Part shown: one piece after another, positions 15,721 through 26,196 of the stretch
Position numbering within the stretch: the stretch's first letter is position 1
Layout of the letters: each line of letters starts with the position of its first letter
From: an uncultured virus (IMG/VR IMGVR_UViG_3300034106_002919)
Taxonomy: Duplodnaviria > Heunggongvirae > Uroviricota > Caudoviricetes
IMG/VR virus record: IMGVR_UViG_3300034106_002919
Reading direction: 5' to 3' (one strand)
Length of the DNA: 64,000 nt
Translations under genes and position numbers: made by a program
Notes under the pieces: generated by a model
Seen by the model: only the letters and a program-made list of their open reading frames with translations
Database searches by the model: none
What the model was told of the DNA's origin: nothing

Positions 15721-16407
15721 TCATACAGCCTCACGACCATTTTCAACAAATGCTTTATGAGTAATTGGCATACAATCTGCAAATACTTGTTCAATAACAT
15801 CTGCATAGCATCTAATTTCATACTGTGCATGCTCATCATTTCTAAGCGAAATAAAATTAATCAAACTTCTAGCATTAACAGTCCAAATAAACTCTGTATA
15901 TTGTCCAACTGGAAGAACTGATCTAGCAATCTCTTTAGCAACACCTTCTGCTAATAGAACTTGGTAAGTATTATAAGCATAATTGTATACTGATTTTGTC
16001 TTAGATTCTACAAGTGAAAGAACAGCAGGGTCATTTATTGTTTCAAAACTGTAAGAACCAGGCTTACCGACTTGTTGTCTAATATTTTCTGGATTGTAAA
16101 AATCAATAGATTCTGGGACATAATATCTCATACTCATTTCATTAAATGAAGACCATCTATGTCTAAACCACTCTCTTGCTACAAAAATTGGACACTTAAT
16201 ATAAAATTTAAAAACTGAGTGCTCAAATGGAGTAGCATGTTTGTTTTTCATTAAAAAGTTAATAAGACCAATAGATTTCTCATCCATTTCGGTCTGGTAA
16301 GTAGCAAAAGATACTCTTGCTGCATTTACAACATCAAGGTCATTTGCCATCTTGTCAAGAAGCTTTACTGAGCCGTGATCTAGTACAAAAAATTCGTTAT
16401 CTGCCAT
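15721..16407 (-). CDS. thyX: flavin-dependent thymidylate synthase
   Basis: H.TPFEH, RHRWSSFNEMSMRY and HAQYEIR motifs. Confidence 0.97.
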   Translation of the reverse strand: MADNEFFVLDHGSVKLLDKMANDLDVVNAARVSFATYQTEMDEKSIGLINFLMKNKHATPFEHSVFKFYIKCPIFVAREWFRHRWSSFNEMSMRYYVPESIDFYNPENIRQQVGKPGSYSFETINDPAVLSLVESKTKSVYNYAYNTYQVLLAEGVAKEIARSVLPVGQYTEFIWTVNARSLINFISLRNDEHAQYEIRCYADVIEQVFADCMPITHKAFVENGREAV

Positions 16408-16619
16408 AGGGTGATATCCTATCAGAAAAAAATCAAAAATTTCTTTTGTTTTGATTTGAATTTTCCAGAATCTGTTTGTATACTCCGTATACCAGTATAC
16501 GGAAGCATACTAATATACTTAAATACTTTAATAGTCTATAGTATGTTTAGTATACTAAGCATGCTTAGCATAGAGAAAGAGACTTCTTTGTATAAAAGCC
16601 AGAATGGTATAATTGCACT

Positions 16620-16859
16620 ATGAGAATAGTTGCTATTATTGAATCTGATGACTGTGGACCAGCAGCTGTGCTTGACGCAGAAAACATTACGATTACAAAA
16701 ATTAATGATCTTTATATAGCAGCTAGCAGGTGCATGTATCGCAATAGTCCTGTCGTTTGTGAAATTTCTAAAGAAGTTGCTACAAAGTTGATGCTTAATG
16801 GTGTAAGATGTTTAGACTTTAACGACTCTACGACTGTTGCTGATAATGAAAAAGATTAG
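16620..16859 (+). CDS. hypothetical protein
   Basis: 79 aa; TATAAT 7 nt before ATG (leaderless). Confidence 0.7.
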   Translation: MRIVAIIESDDCGPAAVLDAENITITKINDLYIAASRCMYRNSPVVCEISKEVATKLMLNGVRCLDFNDSTTVADNEKD

Positions 16860-17859
16860 TTGGTTTTCCCTAAACAATTTAGATGCATCTGGAGAACGGT
16901 GGTTTAGCCAAGGCTATTTCAACGCTGCCCTATCTACGATTAAGGCTCTCCAGAGCCGTAAGTGTGCTGTTTATTACAACAGAGAAGATCTTGACTTTCA
17001 TGTAAACTTTTGTCCGCCTCATTATTATCAAAAAACTAGCAAATACAATGTTGGCTATACTCCTTGGGAGAGCACAAAGGTTCCACAAGGCTGGATTTCT
17101 AAGATGAGAGAATGCGATGAAATTTGGGCTACATCTAATTTTGTAAAAGATGTTTACGAAAAAAATAATGTTAATGCTAATATTTATGTTATTCCTCATG
17201 GAATAAGTTCTGAATTTTCTCCAATTGATAGAGAAATTACAACAACATTTAATTTTTTACATATAGGCGGGGATTCAAAAAGAAAAAACGCACAGTTAGT
17301 TGTTGATGCATTCTTAGAATTATTTGATGGAGACTTGGACTACAAGTTAATTCTTAAATATAACAACTATTGCTATGCAGATGTTTATATAGATGGAAAA
17401 ATTGTCCCAGCAAATCATCATCCTCAGATTTTAGGAATACCATCCACATTTGACACAGAACAAATGGCTTCTTTGTATAAGAAATGCCATTGTCTTGTTT
17501 ATCCAACAAGTGGAGAGGGCTTTGGAATGATTCCATTTGAAGCAATTGCAACTGGAATGCCAACAATTGTTACAAATCTTACTGGATGTGCAGACTTTGC
17601 AGAATTATCAATTCCTTTAAAAGCAACATGGGGTGATTCTGATTATCATCGTCATCTTTATTCTGAAGATGTAGGGAATTGGGCAATTCCAGATTACGAT
17701 GAACTTCTTGATCTAATGCAGCATGTTGTTAATGAATATGATGAATTTAGAAGTTATACAATGAAATCCGCAAAAATTGTCCATGCGGAGTGGTCTTGGG
17801 AAGCAACTGCTGATAAGATTCTAGGCCGATTGGAATCTTACGAAAAAAGTTTTGCTTAG
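16846..17859 (+). CDS. glycosyltransferase, GT4/GT-B family
   Basis: YTPWEST, RKN and YPTSGEGFGMIPFEAIATG motifs. Confidence 0.92.
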   Translation: MKKISWFSLNNLDASGERWFSQGYFNAALSTIKALQSRKCAVYYNREDLDFHVNFCPPHYYQKTSKYNVGYTPWESTKVPQGWISKMRECDEIWATSNFVKDVYEKNNVNANIYVIPHGISSEFSPIDREITTTFNFLHIGGDSKRKNAQLVVDAFLELFDGDLDYKLILKYNNYCYADVYIDGKIVPANHHPQILGIPSTFDTEQMASLYKKCHCLVYPTSGEGFGMIPFEAIATGMPTIVTNLTGCADFAELSIPLKATWGDSDYHRHLYSEDVGNWAIPDYDELLDLMQHVVNEYDEFRSYTMKSAKIVHAEWSWEATADKILGRLESYEKSFA

Positions 17860-17931
17860 TCCTTAGTACTAAATCTTGAACATAAATTTAAGTTTGATAA
17901 CATTGACTTTACTATTCTACAGGAGGAAAAA

Positions 17932-19944
17932 ATGACTGTTACACAACAATCTATTATTACAATCAATGGCAATGGATTTGAAATTAATTTGCCATCCCTG
18001 TTTTCAAAAAGTGGTCTTCAAGGCTACAAGATTTTTTTAGACAGATACACGCTTAAGGCTAAGAAAGGCGATCTACAGCCAGGTGATTTAGTTTTGGTTA
18101 TCACCGTTAAAGACCCAAAATTTCCACAAAAAGAAATTGGAATTATTCAAGAAGTTCTTGCTGATGAAGCTTATGTTCTTTTACAAGATGGAAAAGTTAT
18201 TAAAGAAAGTTTTGATCTTATTTCAAAACCTCTTGAAACAGAGCCAGATCAAGTAAAAGAAAGAGTTGCAAATGCTCTTGCATCATCAGAAAGCCCAGCG
18301 GTTAGGGAGTATTGGGTTGAATCATTTAGAAACATTCTTTTTGATAAATTTATTCCAGGAGGAAGAATCCTTGCTGGTGCTGGAGTTAGTGGACTAACTC
18401 TTCAAAACTGTTTTGTTCTGCCATCACCACACGACTCAAGAAGTGGAATTATGGACCGTCTAAAAGAGATGGCCGAGACTCACTCAAGAGGTGGTGGAGT
18501 AGGTCTTAACCTTTCAAGCCTTAGACCACGATATGCTCATGTTATTGGTGTTAATGGAATCTCTTCTGGTGCTGTTTCTTGGGGGAAGATGTTTAATCTA
18601 TCAACTGGTTTGATTGAGCAGGGCGGTTCTCGCAGAGGTGCAACAATGCTAATGATTAACGACTGGCATCCAGATGTAATGGAGTTTATTACCGCTAAGC
18701 ATACGCCTGGTGAATTTGAAAATGTAAATATGAGCGTATGTATTTCTGATGCCTTCATGGAGGCAGTAAAAGCAGATCTTGATTGGGACTTGGTATTTCC
18801 AGATACAAAAGACCAAGACTATGACTCAGTATGGGATGGAAATCTTGAGAGGTGGATTGCTCTTAACAAGGGAGTTAAAGTCTATAAGACTGTTCGTGCA
18901 AGAGAGATTTGGAATGCTATTGTTGAGTCCGCTTGGGCTTCAGCAGAACCTGGCCTTCATTTTCTTGAGAGATCAAATAAAATGAGCAATAGTTGGTACT
19001 TCGCTCCGCTGGTAGCAACTAACCCATGTGGTGAGCAACCACTGGAGGCTTATGGTGTCTGTACTCTTGGTGCAATTGATCTATCAAGATTTGTTGAAAA
19101 CAAAACTGTTGACTGGGATGACTTAAAATTTACTGTAGCAACAGCTGTTAGATTCTTAGACAATGTTATTGATATTAACGAATATCATTTTGAATCAATT
19201 TATAAGAATCATACAGGCAATAGAAGAATTGGTCTTGGTGTAATGGGTCTTGCAGAAATGCTACTTAGACTTAATATCAAGTATGGTTCGGCTGAGTCGG
19301 TTGCTTTTATTGATGAATTGTTTGAAACAATTGCTACTGAAGCATACATGACCTCATCTAGTATTGCTAAAGAAAAAGGCTCATTCCCTAAGTATGATGA
19401 AGAAAAATATCTAATGTCTGGATTCACTCAGGCTCTTCCTAAATCTGTTCGTTCAAAAATTAAGGAAAACGGTATTAGAAACATCTGTATTCTAACTGTT
19501 GCACCAACTGGAACAACTGGAACAATGGTCGGAACATCAACTGGAGTTGAACCTTATTTTAACTGGAGATACACAAGAACATCAAGACTTGGTGTCCACA
19601 CAGAAACTGTTCCAGTTTTAAACGATCTTGGCATTGAAGTTAATAATCTTCCAGACTACTGTGTTACAGCAATGGATCTAAAGCCAGAAGCTCATGTTGC
19701 TGTTCAAGCAGCAGTTCAGAGATGGGTTGATTCAGCAATTAGTAAAACAACCAACTGTCCTAGCGATTATACAGTAAAGCAAACAAATGATTTGTATATG
19801 CTTGCTTATGATCTTGGATGTAAAGGTATTACAATATATAGAGATAACTCTAGAGAAATTCAAGTTCTTAACAATATTCAAGAAGAGGATGACGTTATTG
19901 CATGCAGTCTGGATGATCCAGAATGTACAACTTGCGCTCTCTAG
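17932..19944 (+). CDS. nrdJ: adenosylcobalamin-dependent (class II) ribonucleotide reductase
   Basis: PGGRIL, GGGVG, TNPCGEQPL, APTGT, SAISKT motifs; C-terminal CxxC; no small subunit nearby. Confidence 0.9.
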   Translation: MTVTQQSIITINGNGFEINLPSLFSKSGLQGYKIFLDRYTLKAKKGDLQPGDLVLVITVKDPKFPQKEIGIIQEVLADEAYVLLQDGKVIKESFDLISKPLETEPDQVKERVANALASSESPAVREYWVESFRNILFDKFIPGGRILAGAGVSGLTLQNCFVLPSPHDSRSGIMDRLKEMAETHSRGGGVGLNLSSLRPRYAHVIGVNGISSGAVSWGKMFNLSTGLIEQGGSRRGATMLMINDWHPDVMEFITAKHTPGEFENVNMSVCISDAFMEAVKADLDWDLVFPDTKDQDYDSVWDGNLERWIALNKGVKVYKTVRAREIWNAIVESAWASAEPGLHFLERSNKMSNSWYFAPLVATNPCGEQPLEAYGVCTLGAIDLSRFVENKTVDWDDLKFTVATAVRFLDNVIDINEYHFESIYKNHTGNRRIGLGVMGLAEMLLRLNIKYGSAESVAFIDELFETIATEAYMTSSSIAKEKGSFPKYDEEKYLMSGFTQALPKSVRSKIKENGIRNICILTVAPTGTTGTMVGTSTGVEPYFNWRYTRTSRLGVHTETVPVLNDLGIEVNNLPDYCVTAMDLKPEAHVAVQAAVQRWVDSAISKTTNCPSDYTVKQTNDLYMLAYDLGCKGITIYRDNSREIQVLNNIQEEDDVIACSLDDPECTTCAL

Positions 19945-19965
19945 TACATAAAAGAGTAAAAAAAT

Positions 19966-20005
19966 GGCGAAAGCGTACCGATACGGTACGCTTTTGTCGC
20001 TTTTG
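19966..20005 (+). terminator. intrinsic terminator
   Basis: aaagcgtaccg-ata-cggtacgcttt. Confidence 0.8.
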
Positions 20006-20032
20006 TAAGGTATTTTGTGTATAATAGCAACC

Positions 20033-20374
20033 ATGCAATCAGATTTTTCATCATACAACAGTCAACTCTGGATTCCAGAGAGATCTTTTGGTATTTGTTA
20101 CTGGTTAGATGAAGACGATATGCCCCTGACAGATGGTGATGGAATACTTTGTGCTGAAGGTTTTATTGGTGATAAAAAAGTTGAAAAAATGGTTGAAGAG
20201 GCTGCAAAGTATTGGACAAGTGGTGCTGGTGGAAGGATTGTTTGGATGGCTGGTGCAAGAAAGGTGTCGGCTTCAGAAAAAGAAGACCAAGCAGAAAGAC
20301 TTGCCGCTGGTTATATTCCAGATCCAATGCAAGATTTAATTGATTACGAGGTAAGTAGAAAAAATGGAAAATAA
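20033..20374 (+). CDS. hypothetical protein upstream of portal
   Basis: ORF 20015..20374; TATAAT ~7 nt before ATG at 20033. Confidence 0.75.
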   Translation: MQSDFSSYNSQLWIPERSFGICYWLDEDDMPLTDGDGILCAEGFIGDKKVEKMVEEAAKYWTSGAGGRIVWMAGARKVSASEKEDQAERLAAGYIPDPMQDLIDYEVSRKNGK

Positions 20375-21974
20375 ACTTGTTCATATAGAAGACTCTGAAA
20401 ATGCAGAAATAGAACTAGATGATATTTCTTATATCAGTCACTCAGCCGAAGCTGAATTAAGCGATCCTTTTAAAAAAATATCTTTTGCAAATCTTTCTCC
20501 TAAAATGAAGAGAAAATATAATAGATTAGAAAAAAAGCACGAAGGGGCTGATGGAACCAATTCTAAATACATAGATCCAGAAAGAATTACTGGATATTCT
20601 CTTTATGATGTTGTTAATCCACCATATGATTTGGATACCCTAGCAAAACTTTATGATCAAAGCGCTATCCATAATGCTTCTATAAATGCAAGAGTTATGA
20701 ATACAGTTGGTCTTGGCTATGAATTTATTGAAACAACAAAAGCTCGCAGAAAACTTGAGAAAGCATTTGAAGACGAAGAAAAACTAGCCAGAGTTAGAAA
20801 AGTTCTTCAAGATGAAAAAGAAATGATGGATGAAATTTTTGAAAATTTCAACATTGAAGAAACATTGATTGAAACTCTTGTTAGAGTTTGGCAAGATGTT
20901 CTTGCAACTGGTAATGGCTATCTTGAAATTGGTAGAAATAGGGCAGGAAAGATTGGCTATATTGGTCATGTTCCATCTCCACTTGTTCGCATAAGAAGAG
21001 AAAGAGATGGCTTTGTTCAGATCGCAAAAAGTAATAAAATACAAGCAGTATTCTTTAGAAACTTTCAAGATTTTGAAACAAAAGATTCTATTAACGAAGA
21101 TCCTTCTCCAAACGAATTGATGCATTTTAAAATTTATTCTCCAAACCATGCCTACTATGGAATACCATCATCAGTATCAGCGGCTGCTGCAATTATTGGA
21201 GATAAGTTTGCTAAAGAGTATAATATTGATTATTTTGAGAACAAAGCTATTCCAAGATACGCAATTATTATCAAGGGTGCAAAACTTAGCAATAAATCAA
21301 AACAAGAATTAATTAATTACTTTAGAACTGAAGTAAAGGGAAGAAATCATGGAACACTCGTTGTACCAATACCAGCATCTATTGGTACAGATAGTGATAT
21401 TCGTTTTGAAAAACTTGAAGCTGGTATTCAAGATGGTTCTTTTGATAAATATCGTAAGTCAAATAGAGATGAGATCTTGGTAGCCAATAGAGTTCCAGCA
21501 CCAAAGGTTGGCGTTTATGATAACGCAAACCTGGCAGTTTCAAGAGATGCTGACAAAACTTTTAAGATGCAAGTAATTGGTCCAGACCAAGCAGTTATTG
21601 AAAAGAAATTGAATAGACTTGTTCTTGAATTTAGTGATCTTGTTAAACTTAAACTAAAAAAGATTGATCTTATTGACGAAGATTTGCAATCAAGAGTTGA
21701 TGACAGATATCTCAGAACTGAAGTTGTTACTCCAAATGAGATTAGAACAAGACTTGGCCTTCCAGCAAAGGTTGGAGGAGATGAGGCTCTTCCTTATCCA
21801 ACAAAACTTAAGAAAGAGGCTGGCGCTCCATTTGGTAATACAAACAACCATGCAACAAATCCTCCTAAAGCTGAGGGTGATTCTGGAACGGTTCCAAGCG
21901 GTTCTGAAGAAAGTGGAACCAATGCTGAAAGAGGTCAAAGACAAGATTCAAATGACAATAGTGAAGCACAATAA
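20364..21974 (+). CDS. portal protein
   Basis: TGNGYLEIGR, YYGIP, YFENKAIP, RDEILVANRVP, TPNEIR motifs; position before protease and capsid. Confidence 0.93.
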   Translation: MENKLVHIEDSENAEIELDDISYISHSAEAELSDPFKKISFANLSPKMKRKYNRLEKKHEGADGTNSKYIDPERITGYSLYDVVNPPYDLDTLAKLYDQSAIHNASINARVMNTVGLGYEFIETTKARRKLEKAFEDEEKLARVRKVLQDEKEMMDEIFENFNIEETLIETLVRVWQDVLATGNGYLEIGRNRAGKIGYIGHVPSPLVRIRRERDGFVQIAKSNKIQAVFFRNFQDFETKDSINEDPSPNELMHFKIYSPNHAYYGIPSSVSAAAAIIGDKFAKEYNIDYFENKAIPRYAIIIKGAKLSNKSKQELINYFRTEVKGRNHGTLVVPIPASIGTDSDIRFEKLEAGIQDGSFDKYRKSNRDEILVANRVPAPKVGVYDNANLAVSRDADKTFKMQVIGPDQAVIEKKLNRLVLEFSDLVKLKLKKIDLIDEDLQSRVDDRYLRTEVVTPNEIRTRLGLPAKVGGDEALPYPTKLKKEAGAPFGNTNNHATNPPKAEGDSGTVPSGSEESGTNAERGQRQDSNDNSEAQ

Positions 21975-22041
21975 TCTTTATTTATTGTCATTATGAAATA
22001 AAATAATTTACAATATTAGTATTGTAAAAACAGGAGGAAAA

Positions 22042-22305
22042 ATGGAAGCAAGTCTAGTATATTCAGATACTTCGGTATCAAGCGCAGACGGTACAGTTTC
22101 TGTTGGTCACCATACCAGCAGTATTAATTTTTTAAATTTAGATACGACTACTAATGCAGTTGTTAAGCTTAATAATCAATTTAGTGTTTTAATCCCTAAA
22201 GCACCATCCGCTGGTGGATGGGACTATACAGAAATCTATGGCGACTATACAAAGTTTGAAGTCATCACAGCAAACGTATCATTAGCAGTTTTTGCTGTTG
22301 GCTGA
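22042..22305 (+). CDS. small beta-rich structural/hypothetical protein
   Basis: 87 aa, AGGAGG RBS, in head module. Confidence 0.7.
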   Translation: MEASLVYSDTSVSSADGTVSVGHHTSSINFLNLDTTTNAVVKLNNQFSVLIPKAPSAGGWDYTEIYGDYTKFEVITANVSLAVFAVG

Positions 22306-22358
22306 TATTGTAATATTTAAACAAATAATGTATAATTCATTAATTGTAAGAGGTTTTT

Positions 22359-24044
22359 ATGTCTGAATTCACAATTAGTTTTCCAATTGAAATGATCAAG
22401 AAGGAACAAAGAATTGTTAGTGGTATTGCAACCGCAGATAATATTGATAAAGCTGGAGATCTAATTGATTTTAATGCCTCATTAGAAGCATTTAAGAGTT
22501 GGCAAGGCAATATTAGAGAAATGCATGCCCCAATTGCCGTTGGGAAAGCTGTCAATTACGAGCCAGTGAAGATTAAAGGTCCAGACGGAGAGATTTATAA
22601 TGCAATTAGAGTTGATGCTTATATTTCAAAAGGAGCAGAAGACACTTGGCAAAAAGTTCTTGATGGGACATTAAGATCTTTCTCTGTAGGTGGAAAAATT
22701 GTACAGAAAGAACAAATGGCTAACAAGTCATACAACGGAAGACCAGTTAACCATATTAAAAAATATGTTCTTGGTGAACTTAGTTTAGTTGATAATCCAG
22801 GAAATGCTTTGGCAGTTATTGACATTATTAAAATGAATGATTCTGGAGAACTTGACTATATTCTAAAGATTGATTGTGGAGATATTGATTTATCAATCCC
22901 AGAGTCTGTTCAAAATGCCGCAAGAGTCGGCCTTGAGCAAAGAAAGAAAGAAGGTCGTGGTGGAACCAGCGTAGGTCTTGGTTCTGCAAGAAGACTTGCC
23001 GCTGGTGGTCAAGCAAGCGAACAATTTGTTCGTAAAGTAGCAATGTATTTCCCAAGACATGAGGTTGATAAACAAGGCAAAGGCTGGAACCCAGGGGAAG
23101 ATGGTTATCCATCAAATGGAAGAATTGCTTGGAACCTTTGGGGAGGAGATGCTGGCTGGTCTTGGGCAAGATCTAAAGTTAACCAATTAAACAATTGCAC
23201 CACAAAAAAAATTGATACAATTGAAAATTCATGTTCTTGTGGATGTGGTTCTTGTGAAGAACTTAATAAAGAAACTGCTTCTGTAACTACTGAAAATGTT
23301 GCAATTAAGAATCCTACACAGGGAAGTCTAAAACCACAAAGAACTCCAAAGTTTAAATCAAGGAGAAAAAAGATTATGAAAAATGAAGAGGAATCAATAA
23401 CAGATGAAGAGTTTGTTGAAATTATGCAAAGTGTTATTGAAGAGTCAATTAATAAGAAATCTATAGAAGAAAATGTTAAATCTGAATCTGATGTAGATTT
23501 TCTTAAAATGCAAGAGATTTTATTGCAAAATGATAGTTTTTATGATAGTCTATCAAGGATAGATGAGATAGGTGAAGAAAAGTTATCTCTTCTAAAAAGG
23601 TTTGTTAACTGGCTAATCCCAGCTAACGAAAAAAACGCTTCAACAATTTCAGTTGAAGTTGAAAATGACCAAGTGGAGGAAGAAATGGATGTAAATATTC
23701 TAAAAGAAGCCCTTGGTACTGTAATTGATGAAAAGTTGACCGATTTTTCAACTTCAATTAAAGCTGAAATTGAGGCTTCGGTAAACGAGAAGCTTGAAAC
23801 AATTACTAAGGGCTTTGAGGTTCAGACTGCTGAACTTCAAGAAAAACTACAGACTGCTGAGAGCGCACTCGCTGAGCAGACTGAGAAGGTTGAGGCTTTC
23901 GCTTCGGCTGGAGCAATTAAGAAGAGTGTAGATCCAGAAGATGACGGGGAAGAGGAAGAGGTTAGAAAATCAGCTCCTAAGTCTGTATGGAACAATATTT
24001 ATCTCCCTCAAGACCTAATCGTGTCTTTGGGATATGAGTCATAA
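22359..24044 (+). CDS. prohead protease-scaffold fusion with inserted domain
   Basis: HK97-type protease motifs (REMH, FSVGG, ELSLVDNP), then GRIAWNLWGG domain and coiled-coil C-terminus. Confidence 0.88.
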   Translation: MSEFTISFPIEMIKKEQRIVSGIATADNIDKAGDLIDFNASLEAFKSWQGNIREMHAPIAVGKAVNYEPVKIKGPDGEIYNAIRVDAYISKGAEDTWQKVLDGTLRSFSVGGKIVQKEQMANKSYNGRPVNHIKKYVLGELSLVDNPGNALAVIDIIKMNDSGELDYILKIDCGDIDLSIPESVQNAARVGLEQRKKEGRGGTSVGLGSARRLAAGGQASEQFVRKVAMYFPRHEVDKQGKGWNPGEDGYPSNGRIAWNLWGGDAGWSWARSKVNQLNNCTTKKIDTIENSCSCGCGSCEELNKETASVTTENVAIKNPTQGSLKPQRTPKFKSRRKKIMKNEEESITDEEFVEIMQSVIEESINKKSIEENVKSESDVDFLKMQEILLQNDSFYDSLSRIDEIGEEKLSLLKRFVNWLIPANEKNASTISVEVENDQVEEEMDVNILKEALGTVIDEKLTDFSTSIKAEIEASVNEKLETITKGFEVQTAELQEKLQTAESALAEQTEKVEAFASAGAIKKSVDPEDDGEEEEVRKSAPKSVWNNIYLPQDLIVSLGYES

Positions 24045-24063
24045 GGTATAGGAGGAAAAAAAT

Positions 24064-25095
24064 ATGGCAACACAGGAAGAAATTCTTTCCAAGGCCAATG
24101 AAGTAACAACAAGCGTTGTTGGTAATGATAGTGGTGGTATTCTAAAGCCAGCACAGTCAAACCGCTTCCTTGACTTCGTGGTTGATCAATCAGTCCTTAT
24201 GCGTAACTCAAGAGTTGTTCGCATGAGAACCCCATCTATGGAGATTGACAAGCTTTCAGTAGGCACTCGCTTGCTTGCTAAGGCTACAGAAATTACAGAT
24301 GATGGCACAAACGCCGCTGTTACCTTCAGCAAGGTTTCGCTTACCGCTGTTAAGCTTCGCCTTGACTGGAATATCAGCACAGAGTCCCTAGAGGACAACA
24401 TTGAAGGTGCTTCGCTTGAAGACCACATCGCTTCTGTTATGGCTCGCCAGACAGCAAACGACCTTGATGATCTATTCATCAACGGCAACACTTCTTCAGC
24501 AAACGCACTTCTCAAGGCACTTGATGGCTTCATCAAGCTTGCTAAGGCTAGTGGTACAGTCGTTGACGAGGGTGGTAACAACATTTCTCGCGCAACATAC
24601 GACAGAGTTCTACGCAACCTTCCAGCAAAGTACTTGCAGCGCAGAAATGAGCTCAGGTTCTTCTCTGGCCCAGGTCTTGTTCAGGACTCAATATTCAGCC
24701 TAGGCAATCCAAACTCAGCAACCGCTGCTACAGCAGGTGCACCAGCACCAGCATCAACAGCAGGTGAGTTGGCATACCTACAAGGTGCAATGGGTGCTAA
24801 TGGTGGTCCAGGTTCAACTGGTCTTGCACCATTCGGTATTCCTCTAATTGAGGTTCCATTGATGCCAGAGACAGCCAATGGTGACTACTCAGGTGCGTCA
24901 GGCTCACACGGTCATGTTGAATTGACATTCCCAAATAACAGAGTCGTTGGTATCTACCGTGACATTACTGTTTACCGTCAGTTCAAGCCAAAGACCGACA
25001 CAATTGAGTACACTCAGTACATGAGAGTTGCTGCAAACATTGAAAACGCAGATTCATACGTTATTGCTAAGAACGTAAAGATGCGTACACTCTAA
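24064..25095 (+). CDS. major capsid protein (HK97 fold)
   Basis: GGIL.P.Q...F, ISTESLEDNIEG, D.DDLFINGN; strong RBS, high-expression codon bias, terminator. Confidence 0.93.
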   Translation: MATQEEILSKANEVTTSVVGNDSGGILKPAQSNRFLDFVVDQSVLMRNSRVVRMRTPSMEIDKLSVGTRLLAKATEITDDGTNAAVTFSKVSLTAVKLRLDWNISTESLEDNIEGASLEDHIASVMARQTANDLDDLFINGNTSSANALLKALDGFIKLAKASGTVVDEGGNNISRATYDRVLRNLPAKYLQRRNELRFFSGPGLVQDSIFSLGNPNSATAATAGAPAPASTAGELAYLQGAMGANGGPGSTGLAPFGIPLIEVPLMPETANGDYSGASGSHGHVELTFPNNRVVGIYRDITVYRQFKPKTDTIEYTQYMRVAANIENADSYVIAKNVKMRTL

Positions 25096-25120
25096 GTCTA
25101 ACTTAGGACTGTTATAGGTA

Positions 25121-25149
25121 AGAAGAGGGGCTGAAAAGCCCCTCTTTTT
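25121..25149 (+). terminator. intrinsic terminator
   Basis: aagaggggct-gaaa-agcccctctt + T-tract. Confidence 0.9.
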
Positions 25150-25186
25150 GCTTGTAAGGATACTTTAATGCTGATATTATATAATC

Positions 25187-25489
25187 ATGCCTACAAATAA
25201 TTCATTTACATCAGAGGATCTAAATCCAAAACCAGCAAAGAAAGCTCCCGCTAAAAAGGCTGCTCCTAAAAAAGAAAAGGAAGCACCACAGCCTCAAGGT
25301 GAGGATACCTTTATTGTTGTTTATGAAAGTGGTGCTGGATATGTTACTAACTCTGGATTCAAATTTACCAGACAAAATAACATTGCAGAACTTCCATATG
25401 AAGAAGCAATGAGACTCCTTTCTTTGGACAACTTTAGAAGACCTTCTGATGAGGAAATTGCAGAATATAAAAACTCTTTAGGTGAGTAA
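25187..25489 (+). CDS. capsid-adjacent small protein (domain shared with the glycosyltransferase at 61323)
   Basis: AKK-rich N-terminus; SG...T.SG.KF...LLS..NFR.PS.EEI domain. Confidence 0.8.
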   Translation: MPTNNSFTSEDLNPKPAKKAPAKKAAPKKEKEAPQPQGEDTFIVVYESGAGYVTNSGFKFTRQNNIAELPYEEAMRLLSLDNFRRPSDEEIAEYKNSLGE

Positions 25490-25872
25490 TGTCTGGTAGC
25501 ATTACTCAATATTTAGAGGATAAAGTTGTTGATCACATTCTTGGTACTGCAACATATACAAAGCCTTCTTCAGTCTATGTTGCTTTGTACACAACAGCCC
25601 CAACAAAGACCACTTCTGGGACAGAAGTTACTGGTGGTTCTTATGTAAGAAAGGTTGCTACCTTTACAGCATCATCCTCTGGTCTTTCATCTAATTCTGC
25701 TGACATTGATTTTACTTCAATGCCTACTTGTATAGTAGTCGCAGTTGGAGTTTTTGATTCATTAACTTCTGGAAATCTTTTATTTTTTAGCACACTAGAT
25801 ACCAGTAAATCTTTAACAAGTGGAGATACATTTAGAATCGCTACTGGCGATCTAGATATATCTATCAATTAG
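25489..25872 (+). CDS. minor virion structural protein
   Basis: YVALYT..P...GTEVTGGSY.R...GNLLF motif typical of small phage virion proteins. Confidence 0.75.
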   Translation: MSGSITQYLEDKVVDHILGTATYTKPSSVYVALYTTAPTKTTSGTEVTGGSYVRKVATFTASSSGLSSNSADIDFTSMPTCIVVAVGVFDSLTSGNLLFFSTLDTSKSLTSGDTFRIATGDLDISIN

Positions 25873-25886
25873 GTTTATAAAAGATT

Positions 25887-26150
25887 ATGTCATATAATAA
25901 TCTTATGACTAATATTAAAAATATTCTTTTAAGAATACTTGCTGTTTTCGCTGCATCTGGCTTAAGTGTTGTAGGTGCTGGTGCAATTGCAAACATTCCA
26001 ATTTGGAAAGCTGCTGTAATGGCAGGTATTGCAGGTGTAGCAACTGTAATTGAAGGTCTATCAAGAGCGTTTCTTGATGATGGCAAATTAAGCGTTTCAG
26101 AAATCAACGAAGTGTTCAACAAAGTTGATAAGAAGTCAAAGCAAGATTAA
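25887..26150 (+). CDS. holin-like membrane protein
   Basis: two TM segments, charged C-terminus, near endolysin. Confidence 0.65.
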   Translation: MSYNNLMTNIKNILLRILAVFAASGLSVVGAGAIANIPIWKAAVMAGIAGVATVIEGLSRAFLDDGKLSVSEINEVFNKVDKKSKQD

Positions 26151-26196
26151 CTTTTCTAAATAACTTTTATCACATTATAATTATTAAGGTGATAAT

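Noticed and set aside
16411..16623. 70-aa ORF over the divergent promoter region
   Set aside because: Coincides with the palindromic intergenic spacer and has no RBS.
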